From positions 32,001-96,000 of IMG/VR virus record IMGVR_UViG_3300026549_000038: a stretch of DNA of 64,000 nt; one strand, given 5' to 3'. A program made the translations under genes and the position numbers. Origin of the DNA: a virus. Lineage: Duplodnaviria; Caudoviricetes. The notes beneath the pieces were generated by a model that saw only the letters and a list, made by a program, of their open reading frames with translations, made no database searches and was not told the origin of the DNA. Each line of letters opens with the position of its first letter. The first letter of the stretch is position 1. Below, piece by piece: positions 48,525 through 56,856 of this stretch.

Positions 48525-48618
48525 TGCCGAGAGCTAGATTCGAACTAACTTACTGCGAGACCAATACGGATATTTGTTAAAGCAGAACGGTTTTACAGAC
48601 CGTCTCCGTTATCTCGGC
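48525..48618 (-). tRNA. tRNA-Tyr(GUA), D-armless with oversized variable arm
   Basis: Acceptor, anticodon arm ACGGT-CTGTAAA-ACCGT and T arm intact; D arm reduced to 8 nt. Confidence 0.75.
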
Positions 48619-48628
48619 TTATGTCTTG

Positions 48629-48702
48629 TCGAGAATACAGGATTCGAACCTGTGATCAGCTGCTTCCGCAGCAGCCCGCAAAAACCACTAGCGTAATTCT
48701 CT
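48629..48702 (-). tRNA. tRNA-Pro(CGG), atypical (A1-G72 mismatch, G33)
   Basis: Cloverleaf, loop TGCGGAA. Confidence 0.65.
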
Positions 48703-48793
48703 CATACCTGCTTGTACTTCACAGGCGTGTGTATTATAAAACTTTCAAATATAGATTTTCGCGACAATCCAATCTACTCATTTTATCAATACC

Positions 48794-48870
48794 TGGTCGA
48801 GTAGCCACGATTCGAACGTGGGGTCTCTACATCCCAAATGTAGCGCCTTAACCAACTCGGCTACTACTCG
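48794..48870 (-). tRNA. tRNA-Pro(UGG), CCA encoded
   Basis: Cloverleaf, C1-G72. Confidence 0.93.
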
Positions 48871-48879
48871 ATAGTCTTG

Positions 48880-48952
48880 CGGGTCTGGCAGGGCACGATC
48901 CTACAACCTACTGGTTAACAGCCAGTTGCTCTACCAATTGAGCTACAGACCC
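48880..48952 (-). tRNA. tRNA-Asn(GUU)
   Basis: Cloverleaf, G73, atypical T loop. Confidence 0.88.
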
Positions 48953-49001
48953 ATCTCTTTACCGCAATGTAAGTGATTTAATATGTAATATGTGATTGTT
49001 T

Positions 49002-49105
49002 TGATCTGACCTGGTGGATTAAACCACCTACATTTGCGATTAATTAACCTCTGCTATAGGGCTTCTGAGCCAACGCGAGATTATCAAATCTATTATCGTC
49101 AGATC
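49002..49105 (-). ncRNA. Divergent tRNA-like RNA
   Basis: 8-bp GATCTGAC/GTCAGATC terminal stem, GGTGG-TTTAAT-CCACC T-like arm. Confidence 0.5.
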
Positions 49106-49249
49106 CAATAAATGATAGCCAACTATAGCCGCGATGATCTTTCACCGAGCGTTTACAGATAGATATGTTGACTATTCTCTTCATTTTAGATAGATATTAT
49201 GTTAAAATCAAATTCTAATAAATATAATAAAACAATACAAAAAATTTAG

Positions 49250-49297
49250 TAAATTTTATAAATTTCTAAATAAATTTTATAAATTTCTAAATAAATT
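49250..49297. repeat. 21-bp AT-rich tandem repeat (2+ copies)
   Basis: TAAATTTTATAAATTTCTAAA twice, then a partial copy. Confidence 0.65.
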
Positions 49298-49307
49298 CTA
49301 ATAATAT

Positions 49308-49391
49308 TGGTAGCGGGAGGAGGGCTCGAACCTCCGAGGCTTTCGCTGCGGCTTATGGGACCGCCCAGATACCGACTTCTGACATCCCGCT
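49308..49391 (-). tRNA. tRNA-Met/Ile2(CAU) with small variable arm, CCA encoded
   Basis: Cloverleaf, loop CCCATAA, extra GC-GAAA-GC arm. Confidence 0.8.
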
Positions 49392-49393
49392 AG

Positions 49394-49492
49394 TGGTGGG
49401 AGAAGGATTCGAACCCCCAATAGGATTTAACCGAGAATTTACCCACAACCTACTCAATGAAGATTGCCTGTCTGCCATTCCAGCACCCCACC
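49394..49492 (-). ncRNA. tRNA-like RNA with enlarged anticodon loop and long variable arm
   Basis: GGTGGGG/TCCCACC acceptor, D and T arms; 9-11 nt anticodon loop. Confidence 0.7.
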
Positions 49493-49499
49493 TTAATTG

Positions 49500-49571
49500 T
49501 AGCCCGGGTAAGAATCGAACTTACGCTTCAAAATTTGCAATTTTGCGCTCTGCCAACTGAGCTACCGGGCC
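49500..49571 (-). tRNA. Second tRNA-Cys(GCA) with A73
   Basis: Cloverleaf, loop TTGCAAA. Confidence 0.8.
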
Positions 49572-49614
49572 TGGATTGATCATTCATATCCATCCTGATC
49601 AACCGAGTACATTC

Positions 49615-49883
49615 GCAAAGATACCTTCAGAGATTTTAGAATAAAGCTGTATACGTATTAGTATAAGACTCCTGCGATTGACCTCTTCGCCACAGCACCA
49701 TGTTTGAATATATTTATATTTAGAGGTGCTGATGGGATTCGAACCCACGAATTAGGAGTTTTTTTTTTGAAGTGTAAATCCTCTCTGGTACTTCGCTTGA
49801 CCTTAAATCTAAAGCTCTTGACCCAATTCTAAATCTGATTATCTCGGATTTTTAAAACTAAATCTAAAGCTGAAGCTTTGGTC
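49615..49883 (-). ncRNA. Circularly permuted tRNA-like RNA with upstream hexamer repeats
   Basis: 3' half (49759-49724) precedes 5' half (49699-49668); all four stems complementary. Confidence 0.8.
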
Positions 49884-49973
49884 AATATGTTTTGTCAATA
49901 ATTTCAAAAGAACATAAGCCTTTCACTTATTCGATTACATCCGCTTAAGCGCTGTAACTTCTGCGCTCTGCAA

Positions 49974-50768
49974 CTAACCCCTGTAGAGATAATCTACAAA
50001 CTGGTTTACATCCAGATTCGGTTGTTCGACCTCCGTGTCATTTACAACCTTGAGAGCCTCGATCACTGCTGCAAGCAAGTCAGAGCGTCTGCGAAGCAAC
50101 TCTGCTCTCTCCCTCTGAGTCCACTCACCAGTAAACATCTGCTGAGTATAGTCACCGGTCTCGACTGTCTTGCTTTTGACTGTGGTCTTTGCAGTGTAGT
50201 TTGACGGAAGATGTGACGGATCCAGGTTAGGGTCCTTAAGGATAACCTCCTCCTTCTCTGTCGTACGAGTGACACCCTTGACAAGCTCGGTCTCGAATAC
50301 TCTTCTACCAGCATACTCTGAGTCGGTTGTCTCTTTCCAAACCTCGCTGTCACTACGAACAGGAATGTTTGCAAAGACGGCCTCCAGGTCCTTATTTGTA
50401 AGGATGTTCTTGAGTCTCATAAGCTCCAGAGCGGTAAGGTTTCCGAATGAGTGTCCGTTAACTACAAGCTCGGTGGTTTTTGCTCCCTTGGAGTTCGTTG
50501 ACTCAACACTGAACACGTCTGTAAGCCAGTTCTTGAACTGCTTATTGAACCAGTCAAATTTCTCGTCTACTGTGGTAGCAACTACCTGAGTACCCATCTT
50601 TGAAGGGTCCTCGAAATATCCGTCTCTCGGAACAAATGTTTTCTTGTAACCGCGAAACATCCCCTGCTTATTCTTGAAGAAGCTTGCGTAATCGGCAAAT
50701 AACCTTGCAATACCTGCGCTTGAATGCTCAACCTTGGCGAGCATAGTATTCATCTTAATGTCTCTCAT
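49974..50768 (-). CDS. Conserved phage hypothetical protein (resembles DUF7873-type proteins from memory, unverified)
   Basis: MNTMLA, FRGYKKTF.P, LELMRLK, IPVR, RTTEKE, FTGE..QRERAELL pattern; biased codon usage suggesting high expression. Confidence 0.7.
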   Translation of the reverse strand: MRDIKMNTMLAKVEHSSAGIARLFADYASFFKNKQGMFRGYKKTFVPRDGYFEDPSKMGTQVVATTVDEKFDWFNKQFKNWLTDVFSVESTNSKGAKTTELVVNGHSFGNLTALELMRLKNILTNKDLEAVFANIPVRSDSEVWKETTDSEYAGRRVFETELVKGVTRTTEKEEVILKDPNLDPSHLPSNYTAKTTVKSKTVETGDYTQQMFTGEWTQRERAELLRRRSDLLAAVIEALKVVNDTEVEQPNLDVNQFVDYLYRG

Positions 50769-50828
50769 AAAGCTTAAAATATCATTAGTTATGTTAATAT
50801 ATATTAAATGATGATGCAAAATTTAGTT

Positions 50829-51326
50829 TTATTTAAAAGAATCTCCCAACAATTTCTCACAGGAGGAATATTTCTTCAAATGATCTTGCCAGCCTTCGAT
50901 GTGCCCGTTTTCATCTATATTCATAAGGATATAATCTCCGTATGAATCTCCATAAAGGTCCAAAATAGGAGGAACATAATACTGTTCTATGTCTTCGTCA
51001 AGCGAATGACGTATGATATTGCCGTTTTCGTCTTCAAACCAATAGGTTCCTTCATCACAAACTTTGTAATGAACATCTGCGGTGGTTCCACGAGGCCAAT
51101 TCAAAATCATGCCGGTGTCCATTTCGATCTTCAATGTCCACTTCCACGCTTTTTCTTGTTCGCTATATACAGCCAGCGGCATCCTTGGACTTTTTCCATC
51201 TTCCTGTTCTTCAAAAGATATATCTTCTTCTCCGTTTATGTCTGCATCCTCCCAATATCTAGGCAGGCAGTCGATGCAAAAATATTTAACATCTCTTTCC
51301 TGTGTTGTTTTTGTTTTTAGTTTCAT
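50829..51326 (-). CDS. Conserved phage hypothetical protein
   Basis: PRYWEDA, HYKVCDEG, YVP, YGDYI..IDENG.I.GW motifs. Confidence 0.7.
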   Translation of the reverse strand: MKLKTKTTQERDVKYFCIDCLPRYWEDADINGEEDISFEEQEDGKSPRMPLAVYSEQEKAWKWTLKIEMDTGMILNWPRGTTADVHYKVCDEGTYWFEDENGNIIRHSLDEDIEQYYVPPILDLYGDSYGDYILMNIDENGHIEGWQDHLKKYSSCEKLLGDSFK

Positions 51327-51335
51327 AACGATAAT

Positions 51336-52562
51336 TTATTTATTTGTTGATATTATATGATACAAATCATACCTAGAATCAATCAAAAGTTTATTCACTG
51401 CATCATAATCTATATGATCTTTCAGTGTAGATGTCTTTTCAAGCATCATGAGCTCTTCTCTTTCCTTATTCACAATAGACATGATTTCATCATACTCATA
51501 CTTGTGATTACGGATATCTAGCAAGAAATCCCTGTCTTTATCTCGAACCACGTTAAATCCCTCACCCCGGAGAAGCTCATTGGACATTCTCAAGAGCCGG
51601 ACACAATGCATCATATTCTTTGAGTCATAATTCTTGTTCAGATTACTCTCATACCTGACCGGATTCCTATGTGCCTCCCACTCCTTGTATTCCTTGTAGT
51701 CTTTGCAGTGAGAAGTATACCCATCTCGGTTGAAGTAAAGATAACAAATCGGTGAATCTCCCTCTTTGACAGCGGAAAGTCTTATGTCATTGGATTTGGT
51801 ATAGTCATCAGGATTCACGATTCCTTCATAACCGTAGAACTCTTTTTCCCAAATACGATTTCGTATCCGGACTGCCTCTTGAGGATCTTTGATAAGCTTG
51901 TTATATGGGTAAGGGATACTTGGATAGGGGTTACATTTTGCCCAATCTGGCAGTGCTTCAAAGTGGAAAAATGCAGCCCAATCATAGTAAACTCCATAGA
52001 CATCTTTCATATTCGGTATGTTCACTAGACCGCAGTACCTTTGGTTTAGGTGGTTGTCTTGCAGGAATTTCTTTATGGGTTGAGATCCCTGATTCTTGAA
52101 GGTATAGCAAAAATCCAGCGGATCTTTTCTCTCACTGACAGGATTAACTATCTTCTTATTCAGCCCCCTGGCTTTATATATTTGACTAATAGCGTACCCA
52201 GAAAAGCTCTTCACACATTCTTTCGAGAGAAAGAGGTCCCTATGAGAGATTATATTCTGAATCACCGGATGTACTTCTCCAACTATACAGTCCTTCGGAA
52301 CGAACAGGCTTTCCAGAACAGAAGGATTTGACTTAAGCAGCAGTTCTATCCATCTCCCGAACTCCCAATAGACAGTGTCGTGCCTGCTGTCTGAGACTTG
52401 TTCTGTGTATGTAGAACGAAGTCCGATAATCTGCTGAACCGGAGCCACGAACACACCACCTATATCTTTATCTGATGTCTCTGTGTTGAGATGGTACATG
52501 TGAGATCCGCGGACATATTCAAAAATAATCAGTTTGTTTTTTCTAAGTCCTTCTATGGTCAT
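51336..52562 (-). CDS. Pol-beta superfamily nucleotidyltransferase (YcgL/RlaP-like)
   Basis: GSHMYHLNTETSDKDIGGVF, NPSVLE.L, YDSKNMMHCVRLL motifs. Confidence 0.85.
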   Translation of the reverse strand: MTIEGLRKNKLIIFEYVRGSHMYHLNTETSDKDIGGVFVAPVQQIIGLRSTYTEQVSDSRHDTVYWEFGRWIELLLKSNPSVLESLFVPKDCIVGEVHPVIQNIISHRDLFLSKECVKSFSGYAISQIYKARGLNKKIVNPVSERKDPLDFCYTFKNQGSQPIKKFLQDNHLNQRYCGLVNIPNMKDVYGVYYDWAAFFHFEALPDWAKCNPYPSIPYPYNKLIKDPQEAVRIRNRIWEKEFYGYEGIVNPDDYTKSNDIRLSAVKEGDSPICYLYFNRDGYTSHCKDYKEYKEWEAHRNPVRYESNLNKNYDSKNMMHCVRLLRMSNELLRGEGFNVVRDKDRDFLLDIRNHKYEYDEIMSIVNKEREELMMLEKTSTLKDHIDYDAVNKLLIDSRYDLYHIISTNK

Positions 52563-52585
52563 AACTATTAATTTATATATTATAT

Positions 52586-52924
52586 TCAATTACATGTCAA
52601 ATTTTTTGTTATGTCTTCTAAAATTTTCACGTTTTTTAGAAGTGGTTCATTATCTGTTCCATAACCAATAAGTTCTCCTTCTACAAGATACGCTTTTTGT
52701 GGGTCTGCAACTTTGTAAATCAGGCCGAGTTGCGACAATAATCCGTAAAGGGTTGAAATTTTTGCCTCATTTATCGGTGAAGGTAATATGATATTCCAGC
52801 GTTTATTGGAAAACATACACTCATAACAAGATATTCCGATTTCTTCACCTATTTGTTCGCCGCCGTGCCATATCTTTGATTTACCATCTTTTGGAAGTTC
52901 TCCAATACGTATATATTTTTTCAT
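52586..52924 (-). CDS. Hypothetical protein
   Basis: YIRIGE.P...G.GTDNEPLL pattern. Confidence 0.65.
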   Translation of the reverse strand: MKKYIRIGELPKDGKSKIWHGGEQIGEEIGISCYECMFSNKRWNIILPSPINEAKISTLYGLLSQLGLIYKVADPQKAYLVEGELIGYGTDNEPLLKNVKILEDITKNLTCN

Positions 52925-52950
52925 AAACCCAAATTCCTTGGCATTTTAGT

Positions 52951-53355
52951 TTATTCATTTTTATACATTCCTTCAGGTGCTTCAAGAGCAAGACCTAACT
53001 TTATAAGATTGCGATAGTCAAAGTGATGTGCATTGAGCCAGTCTATAGCATCGGCATTTGCACAAGGTGCATCTTCCGTACCACAAAAATCTTTTAGATA
53101 GTAATCATAATGCCTACCATTTTCGGATTCTTCAACCTCATATCCAGCACACTTAATGAAATTCTTCCGTTCTTCCTCAGTCATACTTGACATTGGACGG
53201 AGATAGGGTTTAAAAACCACATCCTCTACTTGAAAAACGAAATAATTGGCAGCATCTAAAGTATAAACATTAGAATCTTCCCCTTGAAATTTTACTCCAT
53301 ATGGCAACCTGCCACAGAGATCTTTTAGCAATAACTGTTTTTCTTCTTGTGTCAT
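52951..53355 (-). CDS. Bacteroidota-phage family protein (paralog of 56193..56552)
   Basis: LLKDL..RLPY, KPYLRP, NAHHFDYR, GLALEAP motifs. Confidence 0.75.
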   Translation of the reverse strand: MTQEEKQLLLKDLCGRLPYGVKFQGEDSNVYTLDAANYFVFQVEDVVFKPYLRPMSSMTEEERKNFIKCAGYEVEESENGRHYDYYLKDFCGTEDAPCANADAIDWLNAHHFDYRNLIKLGLALEAPEGMYKNE

Positions 53356-53356
53356 G

Positions 53357-53596
53357 CTAATAGTTTTTATTTGATTCCTTGAGGGAATTAATTGCGTTTT
53401 CTGTTTTACATTCCCTGAGACAACTATTAAGTATTGTTATTTCTCTTGTGTATCTGGAATAGTTTTTACCTGGAGAGTCATTTCTTTTTTCTTTCAACTG
53501 CTTTATTACATTTTGAAGTCCTGTTTCATCACGACGCAAAATCATTTCTTTCAGATTGAAAGGTGATATTAACTGTAATGTTAGTGGTAGTATCAT
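53357..53596 (-). CDS. Hypothetical protein
   Basis: Operon position. Confidence 0.5.
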   Translation of the reverse strand: MILPLTLQLISPFNLKEMILRRDETGLQNVIKQLKEKRNDSPGKNYSRYTREITILNSCLRECKTENAINSLKESNKNY

Positions 53597-53614
53597 AAAT
53601 AAATTATTTGTGAT

Positions 53615-54394
53615 TCATTCAACAATAGTTGTTTTTTCTTCTTTACTCGTTCTTTTCAGTGTTTTATTTTCTTTATCCCATTCGTAACCCGATGCTTCCA
53701 TTAGGCGAAAGAAAAAATCTTTTTCTTTCCGGGTTGATGGTTTAAATTTAAAGAGGTGTGGATACCATAGTGCATTACAGCAAGCATTCGTAAAAACCCA
53801 TTTTGTGTCCCATTCTGTAATAATATCTTTTGTTATGTAGCAATATGGATAAAATGCATCTTGTGATAACATTTCTTTGAATATACACATATCACCGATA
53901 TCATTTGTAAGTACATCGCCCTCTTTTGCATCAGCCGTTGTCCAAAGATGATATTTATTTTCATCTTCAAAACTAATGAAGACTTGTTCTATACTAGAAC
54001 ATCTTTCAGCCAAATATCCATCTTCTAAAGTACCATTAATAACGATATGATATGAGACATTAAAGATATAATATGAGTTGCCGTTATCATCAGCAATCCA
54101 ATCACCAACCTTGAACTTCGGCTCTAAAGTATCAACGAGAACAAGGTCGTTGATACTAAATTCAGTAATAGAATCATACTTCCCATCTTCCATCCAAGTT
54201 GTGATGAATTCAGTATCATCGTTGGCTCGCAAACCAACTATTGGATATGGTCTGTCTCTTTTATCCTTTTTATCCCAACAGATAACCCTCACAGGTTTTC
54301 CGTCCCTTGTCTGTACTTTATACCTGCCAGTATATCCGTTTTCCACCGATTGAATCTGACTCTTAAGGTTTATATTAAAATCTACTATTCTCAT
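53615..54394 (-). CDS. Modular hypothetical protein (paralog of 59047..60285)
   Basis: ENGY.GRYKVQTR.G.P.R.ICW N-terminus; start moved to MRIVD. Confidence 0.7.
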   Translation of the reverse strand: MRIVDFNINLKSQIQSVENGYTGRYKVQTRDGKPVRVICWDKKDKRDRPYPIVGLRANDDTEFITTWMEDGKYDSITEFSINDLVLVDTLEPKFKVGDWIADDNGNSYYIFNVSYHIVINGTLEDGYLAERCSSIEQVFISFEDENKYHLWTTADAKEGDVLTNDIGDMCIFKEMLSQDAFYPYCYITKDIITEWDTKWVFTNACCNALWYPHLFKFKPSTRKEKDFFFRLMEASGYEWDKENKTLKRTSKEEKTTIVE

Positions 54395-54395
54395 A

Positions 54396-54641
54396 TTATG
54401 ATTTTTTACAATACTCCAACGAAATTGTACAGCGGTGGCCACTGCGGTCTGGTTTATCTTCTTCAAAGAAAACATACCTGCTTCGAACATTACGCTCTTC
54501 GGTTTGTGGAATTTCAGAATCAGTCAATCGCCGAGCATATATATACCATCTCCAGAACTCCTCTTCGGCTTTATGTTCTTTGTTGAATTTTTTGTGGAAC
54601 GCTATGTTTCCGTCAACTGATACTGTAAGTTCTGCTTTCAT
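54396..54641 (-). CDS. Hypothetical protein
   Basis: Operon position. Confidence 0.5.
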   Translation of the reverse strand: MKAELTVSVDGNIAFHKKFNKEHKAEEEFWRWYIYARRLTDSEIPQTEERNVRSRYVFFEEDKPDRSGHRCTISLEYCKKS

Positions 54642-54643
54642 AT

Positions 54644-55438
54644 TTAAACGGTATTAATATTGCGGTTTGTCTTCTTTTCCAGTTCTCTAAAGTCCTTTGT
54701 CTTGACCTTAGTGATAATTCTGCGGCCCATCCTGTCGAGAAGTCCCAGAGGAGCCCTAAGAACAATTCCTTCTGCTTCCAGTGTCGGGTCTTCAGAAACT
54801 GCAGAAGCAAAACCAGCCTTCACTTTTTCGATTGCTTCCTGCAGGGTCATCTCTCCGAGGTAAGGTACAACATCGATACCGAGTTTACCACAGATATCTT
54901 CTACAGCTTCTCTCCTCAGCCAGGTATCTCCAATCTTAATGTCAAAGCAGATAAACTTGAGACGATCCTTGCAATACCTTCCTCCTGCTGCCTGCATCTT
55001 CTTGCCGTATGTCTCTCCGAAGATTATACACTCGCTTTCCGGCAGAACGATGTCTGTTTTTCCTTCTCCGTACTCAGGAGCAGGCCGCTCACAGCTGAAT
55101 GCTTTAATGAGCTTATCCTTGTCTCCGAGAGATTTCAGAAGCTCTACTTCATCCGGTCTCATATTTGCTTTGTCGGTCTTGCCATGTACTTCTACATCGT
55201 AGTATTCAACTTCTGACCACTTGCCAGGCATCACTTCCGTATCTACAGTCTTTGGAATAAGGTGGATGCTTGTGCACTCTCCATCTACCTTCTCTGTTGC
55301 TTCCCACTTAGCATTGAGCTTGTCCAACAGTTCAAACTCCGGAGTAGTCAACTCAGTAGGAATAATACAATTGTAGGTAGGGCTATTTTTATCTAAATCT
55401 CGCTTAAAACACGTGTTAATTTTCGTATACCACTGCAT
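54644..55438 (-). CDS. ATP-dependent RNA ligase (Rnl2-like nucleotidyltransferase domain)
   Basis: TEKVDG, FGETYG, FICFDI, EGIVLR, TKVK motifs. Confidence 0.85.
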   Translation of the reverse strand: MQWYTKINTCFKRDLDKNSPTYNCIIPTELTTPEFELLDKLNAKWEATEKVDGECTSIHLIPKTVDTEVMPGKWSEVEYYDVEVHGKTDKANMRPDEVELLKSLGDKDKLIKAFSCERPAPEYGEGKTDIVLPESECIIFGETYGKKMQAAGGRYCKDRLKFICFDIKIGDTWLRREAVEDICGKLGIDVVPYLGEMTLQEAIEKVKAGFASAVSEDPTLEAEGIVLRAPLGLLDRMGRRIITKVKTKDFRELEKKTNRNINTV

Positions 55439-55514
55439 AATCTCTTATAGTTAATATTATGATTAAATATAACAAATATTAGAATATATTTAGTAAAATA
55501 CAGTTTTTACAAAA

Positions 55515-55538
55515 AAAGAGATGGATATCCATCTCTTT
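55515..55538. terminator. Perfect palindrome / probable terminator
   Basis: AAAGAGATGGAT-ATCCATCTCTTT with a T-run on the minus strand. Confidence 0.6.
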
Positions 55539-55564
55539 AAGGGTCTGACACATGAGCGCAGGCT

Positions 55565-55954
55565 TTACCAAGGCTTCTCGTCAAACCTCATCCTAAGGAC
55601 GGTAGAGTTGTATCTGAGGGTGTTCTCTGGCTGATACCCCTGCGAGTGGTATACATCCACAACGCAGTTGTTCCAATTGCCATTCCTCACGGAATCGAGT
55701 GTCTTCACAGCCCTCTCATCCAGGCTTCTGGTGTTGCGGATGGTTTCTGTTGGAAGGACGCCGTTTGCAATCTTGAACTTCACAGTCATCCCATCGTTTG
55801 CGCTCTTGTCTGCGAAGCAATATACAGGAGCAATCTCCTTTGCGCCATTCACCACGACACACTCAACGCAACCATTCCTCATGGAACGAATGTTTCTAAC
55901 CTTGTAACCTACGCCTGTGAGCACATCGCTCAAAAAATTCTGTTTGTTTGTCAT
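55565..55954 (-). CDS. Hypothetical protein (stand-alone unit with its own promoter and terminator)
   Basis: Start at MTNKQ; relatively GC-rich. Confidence 0.6.
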   Translation of the reverse strand: MTNKQNFLSDVLTGVGYKVRNIRSMRNGCVECVVVNGAKEIAPVYCFADKSANDGMTVKFKIANGVLPTETIRNTRSLDERAVKTLDSVRNGNWNNCVVDVYHSQGYQPENTLRYNSTVLRMRFDEKPW

Positions 55955-56192
55955 AATACAATTTTTAAATGTTAACAAAGATATATAACAACCTTTACGA
56001 AAAAATTTAATCGTTCACCGGAAAATTTTTACCCCAGTTATTTTCATATGCTATAGATACATTCAACGAATCCTGAGGTGTCATAGCGACATTTGTACTT
56101 TTAACTTTTTGTTTGTTAGAACATGCCGCCAATATTATTACACACACTATTATAGTTAAAATCCTCTTCATGTAAAATCTTGTGACAATGTT

Positions 56193-56552
56193 TTATTTCT
56201 CTGTATACATCCCCTTTGGTGCTTCCAATGCCAATCCTTTTTCAATCAATCCACGATAGTCAAAGTGATGAGCATTCATCCAATCAGCAAATTCCCACGC
56301 ATCAAGAGACTTATTGAATATCTTATTATACTCCTTTAGCTCTTTCTTGGTTATACTTTCCCTTGGTCTGAGATAGGGTTTAATTACTAATCCACCAACA
56401 TTAGGTATATATTGAACTAAACTATATACCATTGGGTCTAATATCTGATTATATGCTTCTCCTGTATCAGAATTCTTATAACTTACGACCACCTGATAAG
56501 GCAACCTTGCAGAAAGGTCCTTTAACAATAAATTTTTATCTTCCTGTGTCAT
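56193..56552 (-). CDS. Bacteroidota-phage family protein (paralog of 52951..53355)
   Basis: Shared motifs. Confidence 0.75.
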   Translation of the reverse strand: MTQEDKNLLLKDLSARLPYQVVVSYKNSDTGEAYNQILDPMVYSLVQYIPNVGGLVIKPYLRPRESITKKELKEYNKIFNKSLDAWEFADWMNAHHFDYRGLIEKGLALEAPKGMYTEK

Positions 56553-56560
56553 AGCTGTTT

Positions 56561-56797
56561 TTAACTATTTTCTTCATCATCCTCATCTTCATAGGTATCC
56601 ACATCTTCAGCAGCCATTTTCAGTCTCTCTGATAGTTCCTTGATATAATTTACTAGAGATTCTTTATCGTAGCACCGAGAATAAGCTCCTCTCTGGCAAT
56701 TCTCTATTTCATACTGTAGGTTGTAGATATCGCCCAAAACTTCTAAAACTTCCTGGAAATCGTCTTCATTCCAGCCATCGTAGTATTTTATGCTCAT
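56561..56797 (-). CDS. Acidic hypothetical protein
   Basis: Operon position. Confidence 0.55.
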   Translation of the reverse strand: MSIKYYDGWNEDDFQEVLEVLGDIYNLQYEIENCQRGAYSRCYDKESLVNYIKELSERLKMAAEDVDTYEDEDDEENS

Positions 56798-56856
56798 AAT
56801 ATTCGATTTAATGTTTATTTACTGTTTACAATAATTGGAACCATCGTTTGTGTCTT

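Noticed and set aside
42941-48851. Short ORFs in the track over the tRNA region
   Set aside because: They overlap tRNA or structured RNA genes (except the 43079..43753 and NADAR genes).
44566-49800. Permuted intron-exon system joining the group I core to the permuted tRNA (CTT^AAAA resembles the tRNA-Leu intron site)
   Set aside because: No P7'/P9/terminal G lies upstream of the 3' half, the parts are 4.8 kb apart, and U73 is not a Leu determinant. Unsupported as it stands.
43779-49883. Canonical tmRNA, RNase P RNA or theta (HDV-like) ribozymes
   Set aside because: I could not find their diagnostic motifs by eye; a covariance search is needed to exclude them.
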